Counted from the stretch's first letter, positions 10,779 through 22,930 are shown. The stretch is DNA of 64,000 bases from Chrysemys picta bellii (GCF_011386835.1 NC_088806.1:26226001-26290000); one strand, 5' to 3'. A program made the numbers and translations. The notes: generated by a model from the letters alone, not told the origin.

Positions 10779-11830
10779 GTACGGGCGGCGGCAGGTGCCA
10801 CTGGGGAGGGAGCTACATGGGGTCTTAGCAGTGAACCCGCTTGGCCCAGAGCTCCCACTGCTGGTGCCACATCCTGCCCCTGGGCCTGGCAGTCATCTCC
10901 CAAGCCTGGACCCCTCAGTGCCATGTGTTCCCCCCAGCTCACCCTCAAGACCAGGCACCCTCAGTCCCCTCCCCCAAGCCCTGGCACTGACCCCCATCAT
11001 GGGATCCACTCACCATTGAGGCACCTGCTTGGGGTCTCTCCTTTCAGGTCTGACGCTCCCCCCATCCGACAGCTGCTCCCGCTGCATCCCACCTCGCTCT
11101 CCAGGGCTCCTGCTGCTTCCTCTGGGACTCAGCCAGGTCACTGTACTGTCCGCCCCTCCTGGATCCAGTGTCCCAATGCCATTCCAGACAGTCCTCCTGC
11201 ACCACAGCCAGGCCCTGTCCCACTTTCCCAGCAGCAGGGAAGGGAGCCAGGCCTGCCCACTACCCCAGGTTCCAGCCCTGGAGCGCCATGCCCAGCAGCC
11301 ACTGTCTGCTTGCTCTGAGGCCCCAGCACTATTGCCCTGGACTCCTTCCTATGCACTCCCCACCCCTGATTTACTACCCAAACTCCCTCCCCCAGGGAGC
11401 AACTGCTTCCCCAGCAGCCCCTTCTGCTCTCAGCTTCATCCCTTTAGACCACCCCACCTGAAAGTCATCTTCCACTCAGCTTTACTGAGCCCTGGCTCTC
11501 CTCCTAGGGCAGCCCATGAGGTTAATTGAACTAATTTAACATGCTTTGCCTTGTGTGGGGGGGACACCCCATCACATCCCCCTCCCACCATGCCTCCTGT
11601 TTCAGCTCCCCAGCACTGACCCCTCCTGCCATGTGCGCCTGTTCCCAGCACCCAGGGCTGGCCCCCTCACGCACACCCCAGCAGGGCACAGACTCCCAGC
11701 ATGCCCCATGTTCCCCCCACAGCCACCACAAAGCACTGTTCACCTCCCTGCAGCCCCATACTGCACTTCTGCCCCATGTGCCCCACCACGGGCACACCAG
11801 CCCCTTGGCCACCTGCTCTGTGTCTTGCAG

Positions 11831-11951
11831 ACGGAGTTTTGCAATCCCATCTTCGAGCCCGAGAGCGAGGGGGCTGGCTGCGCACCCCCCACCCCACACC
11901 AGACAGAGGGGGAGAACGGGACCAGCGCTGGATCCCCCTGGGATGGCCTCG
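11831..11951 (+). CDS. MFRP: MFRP exon 2 (TEFCNPIFEPESEG...PWDGL-G)
   Basis: tgtcttgcag| acceptor; TEFCNPxFEPES conserved; donor G|GTACCA gives the phase 1 needed by exon 3. Confidence 0.9.
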
Positions 11952-12513
11952 GTACCAGCCCCCTGGAGGCCCTAGCACCAGTGGGCAGCCCCTGAGGGGA
12001 GCAGGGAGGAGAGGCAGGGGAGCCCCCTCTGCCCAGGGGAGATGGGCCCAGCAGACCTTGGGGTCCTCCCCAAGGGGGTCATGTGTACAGTACTGGCAGG
12101 GGGCCGCCACCGTCACACCAGTGCCTTCAAGCTGGGGCACCCTGTACTCTCTGTACCCCAAGGAGCTGGTCCTGTGCCCTCCAGCTGCACTTTGTAAACC
12201 CACAAGCACCAGAGGGTGAGCAGTGACCCACAGGTCCCACCCAGCACAGCGCCCACTGGATATTGGGTATCCCAAGACACTGGAGGGAGGGAAGCATTGC
12301 ACCCTTAGCTGCAGGGGTCCTGTGCTCATACCCAGAGCCATGCGTACCCCACAGGGTCCCTTCCCCAGTTCTTCCAGTCCTGTCCCCCTGCCCTGAGCAC
12401 TGTCAGGGCTGGGTGCCCCACAGACCTCTCCCGCAGGGCTCTGGGAAGGAGGGGGGCTCCCCCCAGCCATGCTCACCAGTGACCCCTTGCTGTGCACCCA
12501 GCTCCCCCCGCAG

Positions 12514-12642
12514 GCCAGCCGCTCTGGAGCAGGGGGGGCAGGAAACACAGGCCCGACTGCACCTTCTCCTGGCTGTGCGTAGCGCTGATGACCGCCTTGC
12601 TTTTGCTGCTCCTCGCCTTGCTGCTGGGGATCATCATCTCCC
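12514..12642 (+). CDS. MFRP: MFRP exon 3, transmembrane helix (RPDCTFSWLCVALMTALLLLLLALLLGIIIS)
   Basis: cag| 12511-12513, |gtgagt 12643; matches human [29 protein letters not shown]. Confidence 0.96.
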
Positions 12643-13058
12643 GTGAGTACCTGGGCAGGGGCAGCTGGGGCGTGGGGGGCAGCATGACCCAGCTCCAGCC
12701 TTACACACCAGCAAAGCGCCAGGGTTCAGGGCAGTGTGTGGGGCTGGGAGCACACACGGGGGGCTGGAGTAAGGGTTAGCTCCTACTACCCCATCAAGAT
12801 CCTGGCCCCACCCGGTCCGCCCTCCAGCTGGAATCACTGACAGCCTGAAATCCACCGAGGTTGGGGTGGTGGGAATAGATGCCCCCCCCCCCACGTGGAT
12901 GGGTGGGATGGCGAGATCTGGGGTGCCAAACAGAGGGGACAGCTGCAGCCTGGGACTCCGCCCAAGCATCTGATCCCCGCATGAGTCTCCCAGCTCCCTG
13001 CCCAGACACCCCCATTCCACTACCTGACCCCCACTCCTCGCTCTCCCTGTGGAAGCAG

Positions 13059-13208
13059 AGCTGCAGTCCTCACGCCCGGCCGGCCCTTCCTCTGCGACTG
13101 CATCCGCCCACCACAACGACGCCGCCACCACGGCACCTGCTGGCACAGCCGAGCCCATGGCCACCGAGCCACCGAGAGAGCCACCCCCAACCACTACACC
13201 AGAGCCCT
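13059..13208 (+). CDS. MFRP: MFRP exon 4, Thr/Pro/Ala-rich stalk
   Basis: aagcag| acceptor, |gtgagt 13209; phase 1/1, 150 nt. Confidence 0.88.
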
Positions 13209-13696
13209 GTGAGTACCTGGGGCCAAGCACAGAGCCTCTCCCCAGGCCAGGGGACCCAGAGATTTACCCCCAACCCTACTGAGTGTGGGGGGGCATCAGA
13301 CCCCAAACAGAGACCCCATTGTACGGGGGGGAGCACAGGGAGCCACATTCACAGCCCCCCTCCTCACCTCCCTGACTAGCCCCATGTTAATCCCAGTAAG
13401 GCGGAGCAGTGGGGAGGGCAGCTAGGAGCAGAGGGGATCCCCATCCCTGACCAGGGTAAGCATTGAGCCCCAGGGCTAGGGGCACAGAGAGGAGCCCCAC
13501 CCCCTCCCACAGCTTCCCCCCACCCCTGGGCTGGGGGCACAGAGAGGGCCCCCGCCACTCCACCCCACAGCTTTCCCCCCTCCTGGACTGAGGGCACAGA
13601 GGGGACCCTCCCTCCTGGGTGATATGGGAAGAGAACCCCTTCTTAACTCAACCTACTGAACCTTCCCTCTCCAATGTGTCTTGTCTCCCTGTGCAG

Positions 13697-13931
13697 CCTG
13701 TGGGGGGACCCTGCAGGGCCCCGAGGGCTCCCTCAGCTCCCCCAGGTACCCTGCCCCCTACCCACCCAACACCCTGTGCATCTGGCGCATCCAGGTGGAG
13801 GACGGGCTGGCCATCCAGCTGAAGATTGAGTCGCTCAGCCTGGAAGGCACGAGGTGGTGCCTCTTCGACCGGGTGGAGCTGTACGAGGAGCTGGGGGCGG
13901 CCAGCGGCTCCCCTTGGGGAGGGACATCCAG
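13697..13931 (+). CDS. MFRP: MFRP exon 5, CUB1 first half ([33 protein letters not shown]...CLFDRVEL)
   Basis: cag| 13694-13696, AG|GTAGGG 13932; CUB motifs. Confidence 0.96.
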
Positions 13932-14921
13932 GTAGGGACCCCACTGCCAGGCTGGGTGAATCACAGCCCCCCACTATCCCCACCCATCCAGGCTCAGATC
14001 AGCCACCAGATCCTCAGACTTTGGGCCATGGGTTTGCCAATTGCAGAGGGCCCTGGATTCCCATCTGCCAGGGTGGGCAGCTTGCCAAAGCAAGCAGCCA
14101 CCTCTGCTCAGGCCAGGCCCAGGTCTAGCTAGGCCTGCAGAAGGTCCAGGGGAGGTGTGTTGGTAGAGCGGGGGGCGAGTGGGAGAAAAGAGAGACACCA
14201 CCAGGGCTGCCTGGCACTCAAGTAGGGCTGCAGCAGGTTGTCTCCCTCCCCAACATCCCTTGGTCAGTTACAATTTTGTCTTGGGGGGGGGGGGCAGCCC
14301 CTTTTCTGTGGTTCACCCCCCCCCCCCGCTGGGTCATACAAGCCAAGCCACTCCTTCCACGGGGTCCCCAAAGAGACACCAGTCACAGAGAAATCTTCCA
14401 GCACCCAGAGACTTCAGGGCTTTCCCCTTGGTTTCGGGGACTTGGGCTCTGGGCCCTTGGCCAGTCAGGGGCTCCCCCAGTTGGATTCTCCCCCAAGGAG
14501 AGGGCTCCTGTGGGTGCCATCTTTTGGAGTGGGTGGGGGACCCCAGGCCCACCCTTTCCCCCAGGCTCCCATACAGGGCCCAATGGTGGGCAGCCAGGCT
14601 CTGCACCTTGGGGTGCTAAGTAGCCACCCCCCAGGTCACTTCCTACCCACAGTCCCTGTCCCCAGAGGAAGTTAAAGAACCACAAAGTTTCTGACCTGCT
14701 CGCTGGGTCTCTCCAGTCTCTGCTTTGCAGCCTTGGTCAGGGCTATATGGGTAGCATTTTTCCAGCCCAGGGATCTGCCCCAGCCCCTCTGTCTCCCTTT
14801 TATACCTTCCCTCCAGCTGGGCAGGCTTTGCAGGTGCCTCCACCTAGGCCCAGAGCTTAACCCCTTCATATCCAGTGCGGACTTTGTACATGCCATCACA
14901 GGAGCCCAGCGCAGGAGGCTG

Positions 14922-15400
14922 TGGGTCAGGATTGAGGGGCACTGGCAGAGCTGTGGGGGGACAGGGTGACCCAGGGCTGGCATGGCAGGGGGCTGTGTGT
15001 CAGGATTGAGGGTCACTGGCAGAGCTGGGAGGCGGGGGACAGGGTGTCCCATGGGTGGTGTGGCAGGGGGTTCTGGGTCAGGATTGAGGGGCACTGGCAG
15101 AGCTGGGGGGCACAGGGCATCCCAGGGCTGGTATGGCAGGGGGTTCTGGGTCAGGATTGAGGGGCACTGGCAGAGCTGGGAGGCGGGGGACAGGGTAATC
15201 CAGGGCTGGTATGGCAGGTGGTTCTGGGTCAGGCTTAAGGAGCACTGGGGGGGCAGGGGACAGGGCGTCCCAGGGCTGGTATGGCAGGGTTCTGGGTCAG
15301 GATTGAGGGGCACTGGCAGAGCTGGGAGGCCGGGGACAGGGCGTCCCAGGGCTGGTATGACAGGGGGTTCTGGGTCAGGATTGAGGGGCACTGACAGCTG
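14922..15400. repeat. Minisatellite of ~7 units (68-78 bp) in MFRP intron 5
   Basis: gtcagg(a)ttgagg starts at 14925, 14999, 15077, 15150, 15228, 15296, 15374. Confidence 0.92.
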
Positions 15401-15734
15401 GGAGAGAGAAGCTTATCCACCCTTCCTGCCTCCAGCCAGCACTGACATGCCCATGAGTCTGAAAGCGCCCCCTGCCCTGGGCCTGCGGGTCTCTCCCCCA
15501 GAGCAGCACAGCAGGAACGGAGTGGAGGGAGCCCAGTGGGGCTGTCCTGTGCTCTGCTGCTGCCCCGAGGGCACCCTGGCAGATCCAGCCTCCCCCACCC
15601 CACGGGATCCAGGCCACCCCAGCCACGTGGGCCCAAGGGGTTAATGGGAAAGTGCCTGCTTCTGCTCCCCGCCCCACTTGCCAGGGTCTCTGGGGCAGGG
15701 GGCACCAGTTGCACACACTTGCTGCTCTCTGCAG

Positions 15735-15865
15735 GTTTTGTGGGGACGTGGCGCCCCCGACAATCAACACCAACTCCAACCGGCTGCGCGTCACCTTCGT
15801 CTCGGACAACAGTGTGGGTGCCCTGGGCTTCACCGCCCACTACCGCGCCATCCTGCCCAGCGATA
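15735..15865 (+). CDS. MFRP: MFRP exon 6, CUB1 second half (FCGDVAPPTINTNSNRLRVTFVSDNSVGALGFTAHY)
   Basis: cag| 15732-15734, |gtgagt 15866; 131 nt. Confidence 0.97.
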
Positions 15866-16288
15866 GTGAGTGCAGCTCCACACAACCACCCTACCCCCCG
15901 GGGCTTCACCCTCCCAGGGCAGCAGGGGCCCTCTGATGCAGGACCACCCCCAAGCCCTGGGCACCTGTGGGCAGCTTCAAGTGCGGGTCACCAAGTCTCT
16001 TACTCGGTTTGCACAAAATGGGGTGCAGATGGGCACAGGGGCTGGGGCGGAGAGGGGTCCCACTTTGAATAGGGCCTCGGCCTTGAGGGGGCAGGGGGGC
16101 TCTGTTATACAGCTGATCAGAGCAGTCCCTTCTGGCCTTCAGAACTGTGAATCCACAGGAGATAGGGCCCTGGCCCTGGGCAGGGAGCTGCTGACAAAGG
16201 GGCATTGCCAGATTCATAGGCCCTCGCCCAGCCACGGGTTCCTGCTTTCAGCAGCCACGCCTCTTCCTCGTCCATCTGTCTGTCCTAG

Positions 16289-16414
16289 AGAGCTGTGCCT
16301 GGGACGAGTTTTTCTGCGACCAGGGGCTCTGCCTCCGCCTGGGCCTTGTCTGTGACGGCTTCCACGACTGCACAGACAAGAGCGACGAAGCCAACTGCAG
16401 CTCGAGACACAAAG
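16289..16414 (+). CDS. MFRP: MFRP exon 7, LDLa1 (SCAWDEFFCDQGLCLRLGLVCDGFHDCTDKSDEANC)
   Basis: tag| 16286-16288, |gtaccg 16415; six Cys plus the DxSDE motif. Confidence 0.97.
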
Positions 16415-17042
16415 GTACCGGCAGCCGGGTGGCCTCCAACACGGCTCGGCAACGCAGGGGCTGGGCCGGGGGGGGCCAGGCCTGGGCTAGCAGGGCAGAG
16501 TGAGGGGCAGCAGCAGAGCTGGATGGGGCCCTGTACTGGAGTTGCAATGGGGTGTTGGGGGTCAGGACTGAGGGACATTGGCAGAGCTGGCAGGCAGGAC
16601 AGGCTTACAGGACACTAGTGAAGTGTGGGAGCCCAGGCCTGGGACAGCAGGGGGATGGTGCCTGTAATGGTTGAGGGGCATTGGCAGAAGTGGGTGGGGT
16701 CCAGGACTGGAAAAACAGGGGATGTTGTGGGTCAGGACTGAGGGGCATGGGCAGAGCCATGGGAGGAAAAGTCCATGCGTTGGGGGCTGAGTGGGGTGGG
16801 GGGATTTCTAACAGACTACGTGGGGCCTGAGCAAATCCCTCAGCTGAGACAGGCTGAAATGTTCTTGCCCGGGTGCTGCAAGGTGCGGGGAGCCAGGACT
16901 GAGTCAGACAGCGGGGGGAGGGGGGCGGGGGGGAATGGGGAGAGCCCATGGGTCACAGGGCTGGAGGCAGAACAACCAGCATGCACCAGTCACAGCCGGG
17001 TAAGAGCAGAGATCCAGCCCCATGGTGTCTCTCTCGTTCCAG

Positions 17043-17119
17043 AATGCGGTGGGTCATTGACCAGCTTGGAGGGGCAGTTCTCCACCCCCAGCCACCCCCA
17101 GCCGTACCCACATCAGCAG
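17043..17119 (+). CDS. MFRP: MFRP exon 8, CUB2 start (ECGGSLTSLEGQFSTPSHPQPYPHQQ)
   Basis: ttccag| 17037-17042, |gtgagg 17120. Confidence 0.96.
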
Positions 17120-17413
17120 GTGAGGGAGGAGCTTGGGGCAGCAAGAGTGCTAAGCAGTGGAGGCTACGGGGAGGGGTGTCATGTGGCCCAGCTGGCACAA
17201 GAGGACAAGGGTCAACCTCCACCATGCAGCTGTTGGCGCCAAAGGAGAACCAGGGCTAGGGAGGGTGGGGGAGGTGGAGTGGGTCAGATTGGCCCTGTGC
17301 TGTCCAAGCCCCAGAGGAATGGGGCCCCCCATTGTGTCCGGAACACCAGGGAGAGCCAGAAATGCCCCAGTCTGGACCACCCTGGCAGCTCCCCCATCCA
17401 GAGGTGAGCAGAG

Positions 17414-18151
17414 TGTCACGGATCAGGTCCAGTGCTCTCGAGTGGCTCTGGAACAGTCCCTGGGAGGAGCGCTTCAGTGTGCCAGCCCCCTTAGGGTCAC
17501 ACTCTTTCACTAGGGGAGCCACTTGGCTTCCCCGCCTCCAGGGACTGAACCTCAGAGCCTTCAGCACCCCTGCTTCCCGCCGTGAGCTCCCTGCAGCGAG
17601 TCCGCCTGCGGGAGACGTGTGCACCCAAAGGGATCCATGCATTCCCCGCTCCCGCCTTCCTTATAGTGCAGTGACTCAGCTAGAACTGTAACAGCAACAG
17701 GTTTTATTAGATATCTGGAACACAGCGTAGACAGTCTTGGTTAACACAGGGAACAGAAAGTTACAGCATAGAGCATCTGCGTCCGGCCCAGAGCCCTCCG
17801 ACCCCTCTTTAATCCCAGTCCAGGAACGTCTCTGCCACTTCCAGCAGCCCTCCACTTAGCAACCCCACCCGGCCCCGCCTCCATCCTTTGTCCTTGTTCC
17901 CCTGCTGGTCACACCCTGCTGGCATCCATGGTTGTTAGTTGCTAGGTGCCCAATGTCCATCCAGTTGGAGTGGCTGTTGTCTTCTGGGACTCCAGGCAGC
18001 GAGGCGTCAGACATTCCCAGATCTCGGGGTCTCTGCAAAGAGGAAACAACCGTTTCCCACCACCTACTTAACCATACACCACATAGGGGAAACCGAGGCA
18101 CGCACACATGCTTCATACAAAATATCATGAAATAATTCCCACGCCATCCCA
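17414..18151. mobile_element. Solo-LTR-like element in MFRP intron 8
   Basis: TGTCAC start, ...ATCCCA end; similar to 8075-8860; no clear TSD. Confidence 0.65.
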
Positions 18152-18236
18152 CCCGGTCTGTGCCCGGCTGGCAGTTCCCCATCTAGACAGGGGCAGGGAT
18201 GTCTGGCGCAGGCTCATTGGCATCGGTCTCTTCCAG

Positions 18237-18385
18237 CTCTGTCTCTGGCAGATCGCCGTGCCCGTGGGCCATGTGATCGATCTGCAATTCCACAACTTCA
18301 GCCTGGAGTCGCAGGAGGACTGCACCTTCGACTTTGTGGAGGTGCACGACAGTGCAGGCACGGACGCCCCCAGCCTCCTGGGCAG
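18237..18385 (+). CDS. MFRP: MFRP exon 9, CUB2 ([38 protein letters not shown])
   Basis: ttccag| 18231-18236, AG|GTACAG 18386. Confidence 0.97.
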
Positions 18386-19022
18386 GTACAGGCGCCCACA
18401 GCTCAGCAGTCCGCCACAAGATATTGAGGGAATGGGGCGGGGGCAGAACTGCCTGAGCAGGGCTGCCTTGCAGAGCCACCTCCTGGGGGAGGGGGCACCT
18501 CTCTCCTACCCGACTGAATGCCCTCCTCAGCACTGGAGAGACCCAGGTCCTGCCCCTCCCAGACCCAGCACTAACTGCCTCTCGTCAGCCATACATCTCC
18601 AGGCGCTGTACGAAGCAGGTCGGTCTTACCCTCTCCGTTTCACACAGCAGGGAAGTGACTTGCCCAAGGCAGGTTGGTGGCACAGCTGGGAAAAGGCACT
18701 CAGGGCTCCTAAGTGCCAATCCAGTGCTCTATCCACTAGGCAACAATGCCCTCCCACGGTACTAGCCAATATTCTGCACACAGCAAGAAGATGGGCTGCA
18801 CGGGGAGGGGGCAAAAGTCTCCAGCGGCATTTGGCATGGCCACAACTTCCCACACACCATCCATCCTCATCCCCATCTCTGCTCCTCTCTTCTTTTCCCT
18901 CTCTGTCTCACTCGCCCCTTTTTCTCCATCTCGCTCCCCCTTCCACTCCCCCCCCCCCCGCCACGGTCTTTCTTCCCCACTCCTCAGCCCCCTCACTCCC
19001 ATCACATTTCCTCTCCCGGCAG

Positions 19023-19153
19023 GTTCTGTGGCTCCCAACTGCCGCCCGTCCTGACCTCCTCACGACACGTCATGACCGTCCTGTTCATGGCAGATGAGGG
19101 CGTGGCGGAGGACGGGTTCTTTGCCACCTACCGTGCCCGGAACGCCACGGAAA
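19023..19153 (+). CDS. MFRP: MFRP exon 10, CUB2 end ([36 protein letters not shown])
   Basis: cag| 19020-19022, |gtaggt 19154; 131 nt. Confidence 0.96.
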
Positions 19154-20067
19154 GTAGGTCCCTGGGTCTGAAACGCACCCTCCCTGCTGCCTGGCTCTTT
19201 CTCCAACTGGGTGGCAGGGTCACCCGTCTCTGAGCGGCATGTCCCAGTGCCGAGCAGACCCATGTGCACTCTCTACCAGGGTGATGCTCAGCAGTGGGTT
19301 CATCGCTGGCACGGAGCTGGGCATCCAAGGGTCTCGCCCATTGCTCTGCCTCCCCAGCTGTGGGATTGTCCGGGGGAAGGGGCCAGAGACCTTCTCAGCG
19401 AGGCTGATCACAGGGTAGTTTTGCTCTAGGAGGGGGAACAGCCTTGGGGTGTTTACCAAGGGAATGGCCTGACACCCTGTCATTTCCCTGTTGCTGCCCA
19501 GTACGTAGCTGATTGCAGTTACCAAGGGAGAACAATGGGATCGCCTCCCTAACCCCACCCCCGGGGAATCACTGGGGTAAACAGAAAGCAGCAGGGCCCA
19601 GAAATCTTAGCAGTGACCATCAGGAGAGTCCACTCCACCACCCTCCAGGTCTGCCTTTCCCCCGTTTCGTCTTTCCAAGGTACTTCCCAGGGGACCTTTG
19701 CTCCTCCTCGGTGCATTTCTCCGGTGAAGCAGTGCTGTTGTACAGGCTTGTCTGTATGGGAAGTGGTGAATTGATACCACAGTAGCTATCCTGGCATGTG
19801 GACACTCGCTATAGTCACCATATGATAGCGCTGTCCAGTTGGGTCTGTGATCCAGTAACCATGGTTATATTGTAGTTACACTGGAGTTGGGCACTGCTTC
19901 CCATTGTAATTACAGTCGCTGACTGCTCGTGTGTCCCCGGTTGGCTCTGCAAGTGCAGGGTCACCATGGCGACTATAGTTACGCCGCAGCCCATCGCATG
20001 TAGGCCCCATCGCTGTACTCAGCCAAGTACCTGCTCATTCCAACATCTTTCTCGCTCATCCGCCAAG

Positions 20068-20202
20068 AAACATGCAGCCCCTCGGAGTTCTCCTGCAGCA
20101 ACGGGGAATGTCAGGCGCGGGAGTCGGTGTGTGATGGCTGGCACGACTGCCCGGATGGGAGCGATGAATTCAACTGCACGAGTGTCTCACCCCCCTCCTT
20201 TG
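20068..20202 (+). CDS. MFRP: MFRP exon 11, LDLa2 ([36 protein letters not shown])
   Basis: AAG| acceptor 20065-20067, |gtgagt 20203; LDLa Cys pattern. Confidence 0.94.
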
Positions 20203-20522
20203 GTGAGTGAAACCCCTAGCTCAACCCAGCTCCTGCAATGACCAACACTTGGCTTATGGGGTGGGGAGATTCAATCCACCAGTTTCCCTCAGGCGGTTCA
20301 GGTCACAAGTGGAATGAGTTTGGTAGGTCTCAGCCCTGCACCCAGGGAACATCTGTCCATACACACCGACGTGACAGTACACCAACTCTGAGGCACCTGC
20401 TGGGCTGGGATCCAGATTTTGGAGCCCATGGGCTCTGCAAACGTTCTTTGCAAGGCCGAGCCAGTGCAGCCCCCCAGCTCAGATACAGCTGCCACCTGTA
20501 TCACCTGCCCTCCCCCCTGCAG

Positions 20523-20650
20523 AGTCTTCCTGCCAGCAGATCCAAGTGGAGATGTGCTTGGGCCTCAGCTACAACACCACCTCCTTCCCCAACATCTGGC
20601 TGACCATCCCAGACCAGCAGGGAGCAGCCACCATGCTCCGAGACTACAAG
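20523..20650 (+). CDS. MFRP: MFRP exon 12, Frizzled CRD start (SCQQIQVEMCLGLSYNTTSFPNIW...DYK)
   Basis: cag| 20520-20522, |gtgagc 20651. Confidence 0.97.
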
Positions 20651-20885
20651 GTGAGCCCAGCACAGGGGGCCGCGGGGGAGACTGCGCTGCCCAGCTCGGG
20701 ATTTGTCAGCTGGGTGGGAAGGAAACCCAGTGGGAAGCGAGCAGGCTGGGTGGAGAATTGGCTTTGGGTGGAAGGAGGGGGCATAGGGTATATCCAGGGG
20801 AAATGCACCCATAAATGGGGAAGCCAGCCCCCAACATCGGTGCCCCAGGCCTTGTGGTGCTCACTGCCTCCCTCTCTCCCCGCAG

Positions 20886-21110
20886 ACCCTGATGGAGCTC
20901 TCCTGCTACCAGCACCTGCGCCTGCTGATCTGCAGCCTCTTCGTGCCCAAGTGCACGCCGGACGGGGGCGTCCTGCAGCCCTGCCGCGCCGTGTGCCTGA
21001 CGGCGGAGCAGCGCTGCCAGCAGGCCCTCAGCCTCCTCAGCATCCTCTGGCCCATCAACTGCAACGTCCTCCCCGACTCCAACGACCCTGTGGAATGCTT
21101 CAAGCCGTGA
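20886..21110 (+). CDS. MFRP: MFRP exon 13, CRD end and stop; spliced CDS totals 1791 nt = 596 aa
   Basis: cag| 20883-20885, TGA 21108-21110; the CRD has all 10 Cys; the 13 exons join in one frame. Confidence 0.97.
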   Translation, partial: TLMELSCYQHLRLLICSLFVPKCTPDGGVLQPCRAVCLTAEQRCQQALSLLSILWPINCNVLPDSNDPVECFKP

Positions 21111-21285
21111 GGGGGCGGTGGGGCCCGACAAGCAGAGGGGTGCGGCTGGCTCTCCCCCGCAACCTGTCTGACTTTGGGGCGGGTGGGGACTCGAATCCTT
21201 CTCTGAGCTATGCCCTCCCCTTCCTATGCGTTTCCCTTCGGGGACCTGAGGACACAGGGAGAGCCTGTGGGGCCCAGGAGCCCCA

Positions 21286-21291
21286 AATAAA
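21286..21291 (+). terminator. Candidate MFRP poly(A) signal AATAAA (others at 21907-21912 and 22433-22438)
   Basis: AATAAA 176 nt after the MFRP stop. Confidence 0.5.
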
Positions 21292-21835
21292 GGTGCTGGA
21301 GAAGAAACCCCCCACCCTGAGTCTGAGAGCCTGCTGCCCTATAACTCCCCTTGGTATCCCCCATAACAGTCCCCTAAGGGAGCCACCAGGGGTGGCCCTA
21401 AGTGCCTGGAAGGCGACTGACTGGCTGTTGGGGTCCCCACACTGCATAGCCACAGTACTTCGGCAACGCCTGGCCCCACCTCCCCAGTCCTGCAGTGGGG
21501 CTAAAGCGTCAGCCGGCTCGTGGCTTCTTCTCACCCACCACATCCTCCGATACAGCCCGTCCGAGCAGAGGGGGAGGCGACTCTCTATTCCCCCCACCCC
21601 AGTCTACTTCCTGCAGCAAGGTGACAGCTCCCTCCCAGCTGACCCAAGAATGGTACCTGCACCTCTGACATAAGGAGCCCAGGGGCGGCCCTCTTTGTCC
21701 TAATGTCCCCAGTCCCAGCAGAGCACACACCTGGGCCTGGCTGAGCGGCCATTGCCCATCGCCCACCTCGTGCTCGGCACACGGCAAGGCCCAGCGCTGT
21801 CGAAGGGGGAAAGGCTGCTTTTGGACTGGGCATGA

Positions 21836-21990
21836 GACTCAGGAGAGCCGAGGTCAGTTCTCAGCTCTGCAATAGACTCCCTGCATGACTGGGGGGAAAA
21901 GAAAAAAATAAATCCTTCTATGACTCAGTTTCCCCATCTGAAAAATGGAAACAATACAACCAGGGGATTGTGAGGATAAAAGCATAGCTC
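21836..21990 (+). mobile_element. MIR/CORE-SINE-like fragment
   Basis: ctcagtttccccatctgaaaaatgg...gttgtgaggataaa-like core. Confidence 0.6.
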
Positions 21991-22479
21991 CATGGGGCCC
22001 TGTTGTGATGGGGGGGAGGGAGTATGGAAGTATCTAGGTAGATGAATGACAAAAAACACCTTAAGAAATGGCACCTACCCCAGCATCACGCTTCATTCCA
22101 CAGACCTTCCGGTGCCCACGCCCCTAACTTGACATCTCATCCGGGCTGCTTCCCCAATGCCACAGCAGCTTAAGACATAGCACCCATTGGCACGCTTCAG
22201 TTCCCTGGCCCAGTCCTGGCACCGGACAGCTGTCTTTCCACCTTACTCGAATGCCACTTGTGCCCAGGGTAAAGAGTTAATGATCTCACCGCGCAGACCT
22301 GTGGGTAAGGCAAGGCCCAGTGCACTGTGCTCCACTTGACTTGGCTGGCAGTGCCTGGGGAAGCCTGCACCTGGGGTGCTGGCCAGAGCAGCAGAGCGGG
22401 CTCCAAGGCCTTTGGCACGACTCTGGGTGTCTAATAAACAGCTGCGGCATTTTGCAACTACAACCTTTCAAAGAATAAT

Positions 22480-22640
22480 TTGGCCTCACACCCGCCTGGG
22501 GGGCAGGTCAATATTACCCCCATGTCAGCGCTGGGGAAATTGAGGCACAGAGAGGGGAAATTATTTGCCTGCAGGTCAGGGGCAAGGCCAGGATCAGAAC
22601 CCAGGAAGCCCATGGCTGAATCCCCAGCTCTAAGCACTGG
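22480..22640 (-). mobile_element. MIR/CORE-SINE-like fragment
   Basis: ggggaaattgaggcacagagagggg...ggatcagaacccagg. Confidence 0.6.
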
Positions 22641-22767
22641 AATATGTCTGGGCTGGATGGGATCACTGGAAGGGGTCACTGGGAACTGAGACCTAAGGGG
22701 TCCCTGGGCAAGGAGCTGGGAGTGAGAGCAGGAGCCCTCGTCTCTCTGAAGCAGACATGGCTCATAG

Positions 22768-22930
22768 CTAGGGCCCTACCAAATTCATGGTCCATTTTAG
22801 TCAATTTCCCGGTCATAGGATTTTAAAAATCATAAATGTCATGATTTCTCCAGCTATTTAAATCTGAAATTTCATGGTGTTGTAATTGTAGGGCTCTGAC
22901 CCTAAAAGGAGTTGCGGGGGGGGATCAAAA
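22768..22930. mobile_element. Truncated non-autonomous DNA transposon (hAT-like left end TAGGGCCCTACC)
   Basis: Terminus resembles recalled turtle MITE ends; no right TIR found. Confidence 0.45.

Noticed and set aside
14672-15644. Repetitive Pro-rich and Gly-rich ORFs on both strands
   Set aside because: Products of the intron-5 minisatellite.
98-21673. Long ORFs 98-775, 10530-11318, 18108-19097 and 20546-21673
   Set aside because: Real exons read through into GC-rich introns; similarity stops at the splice sites.
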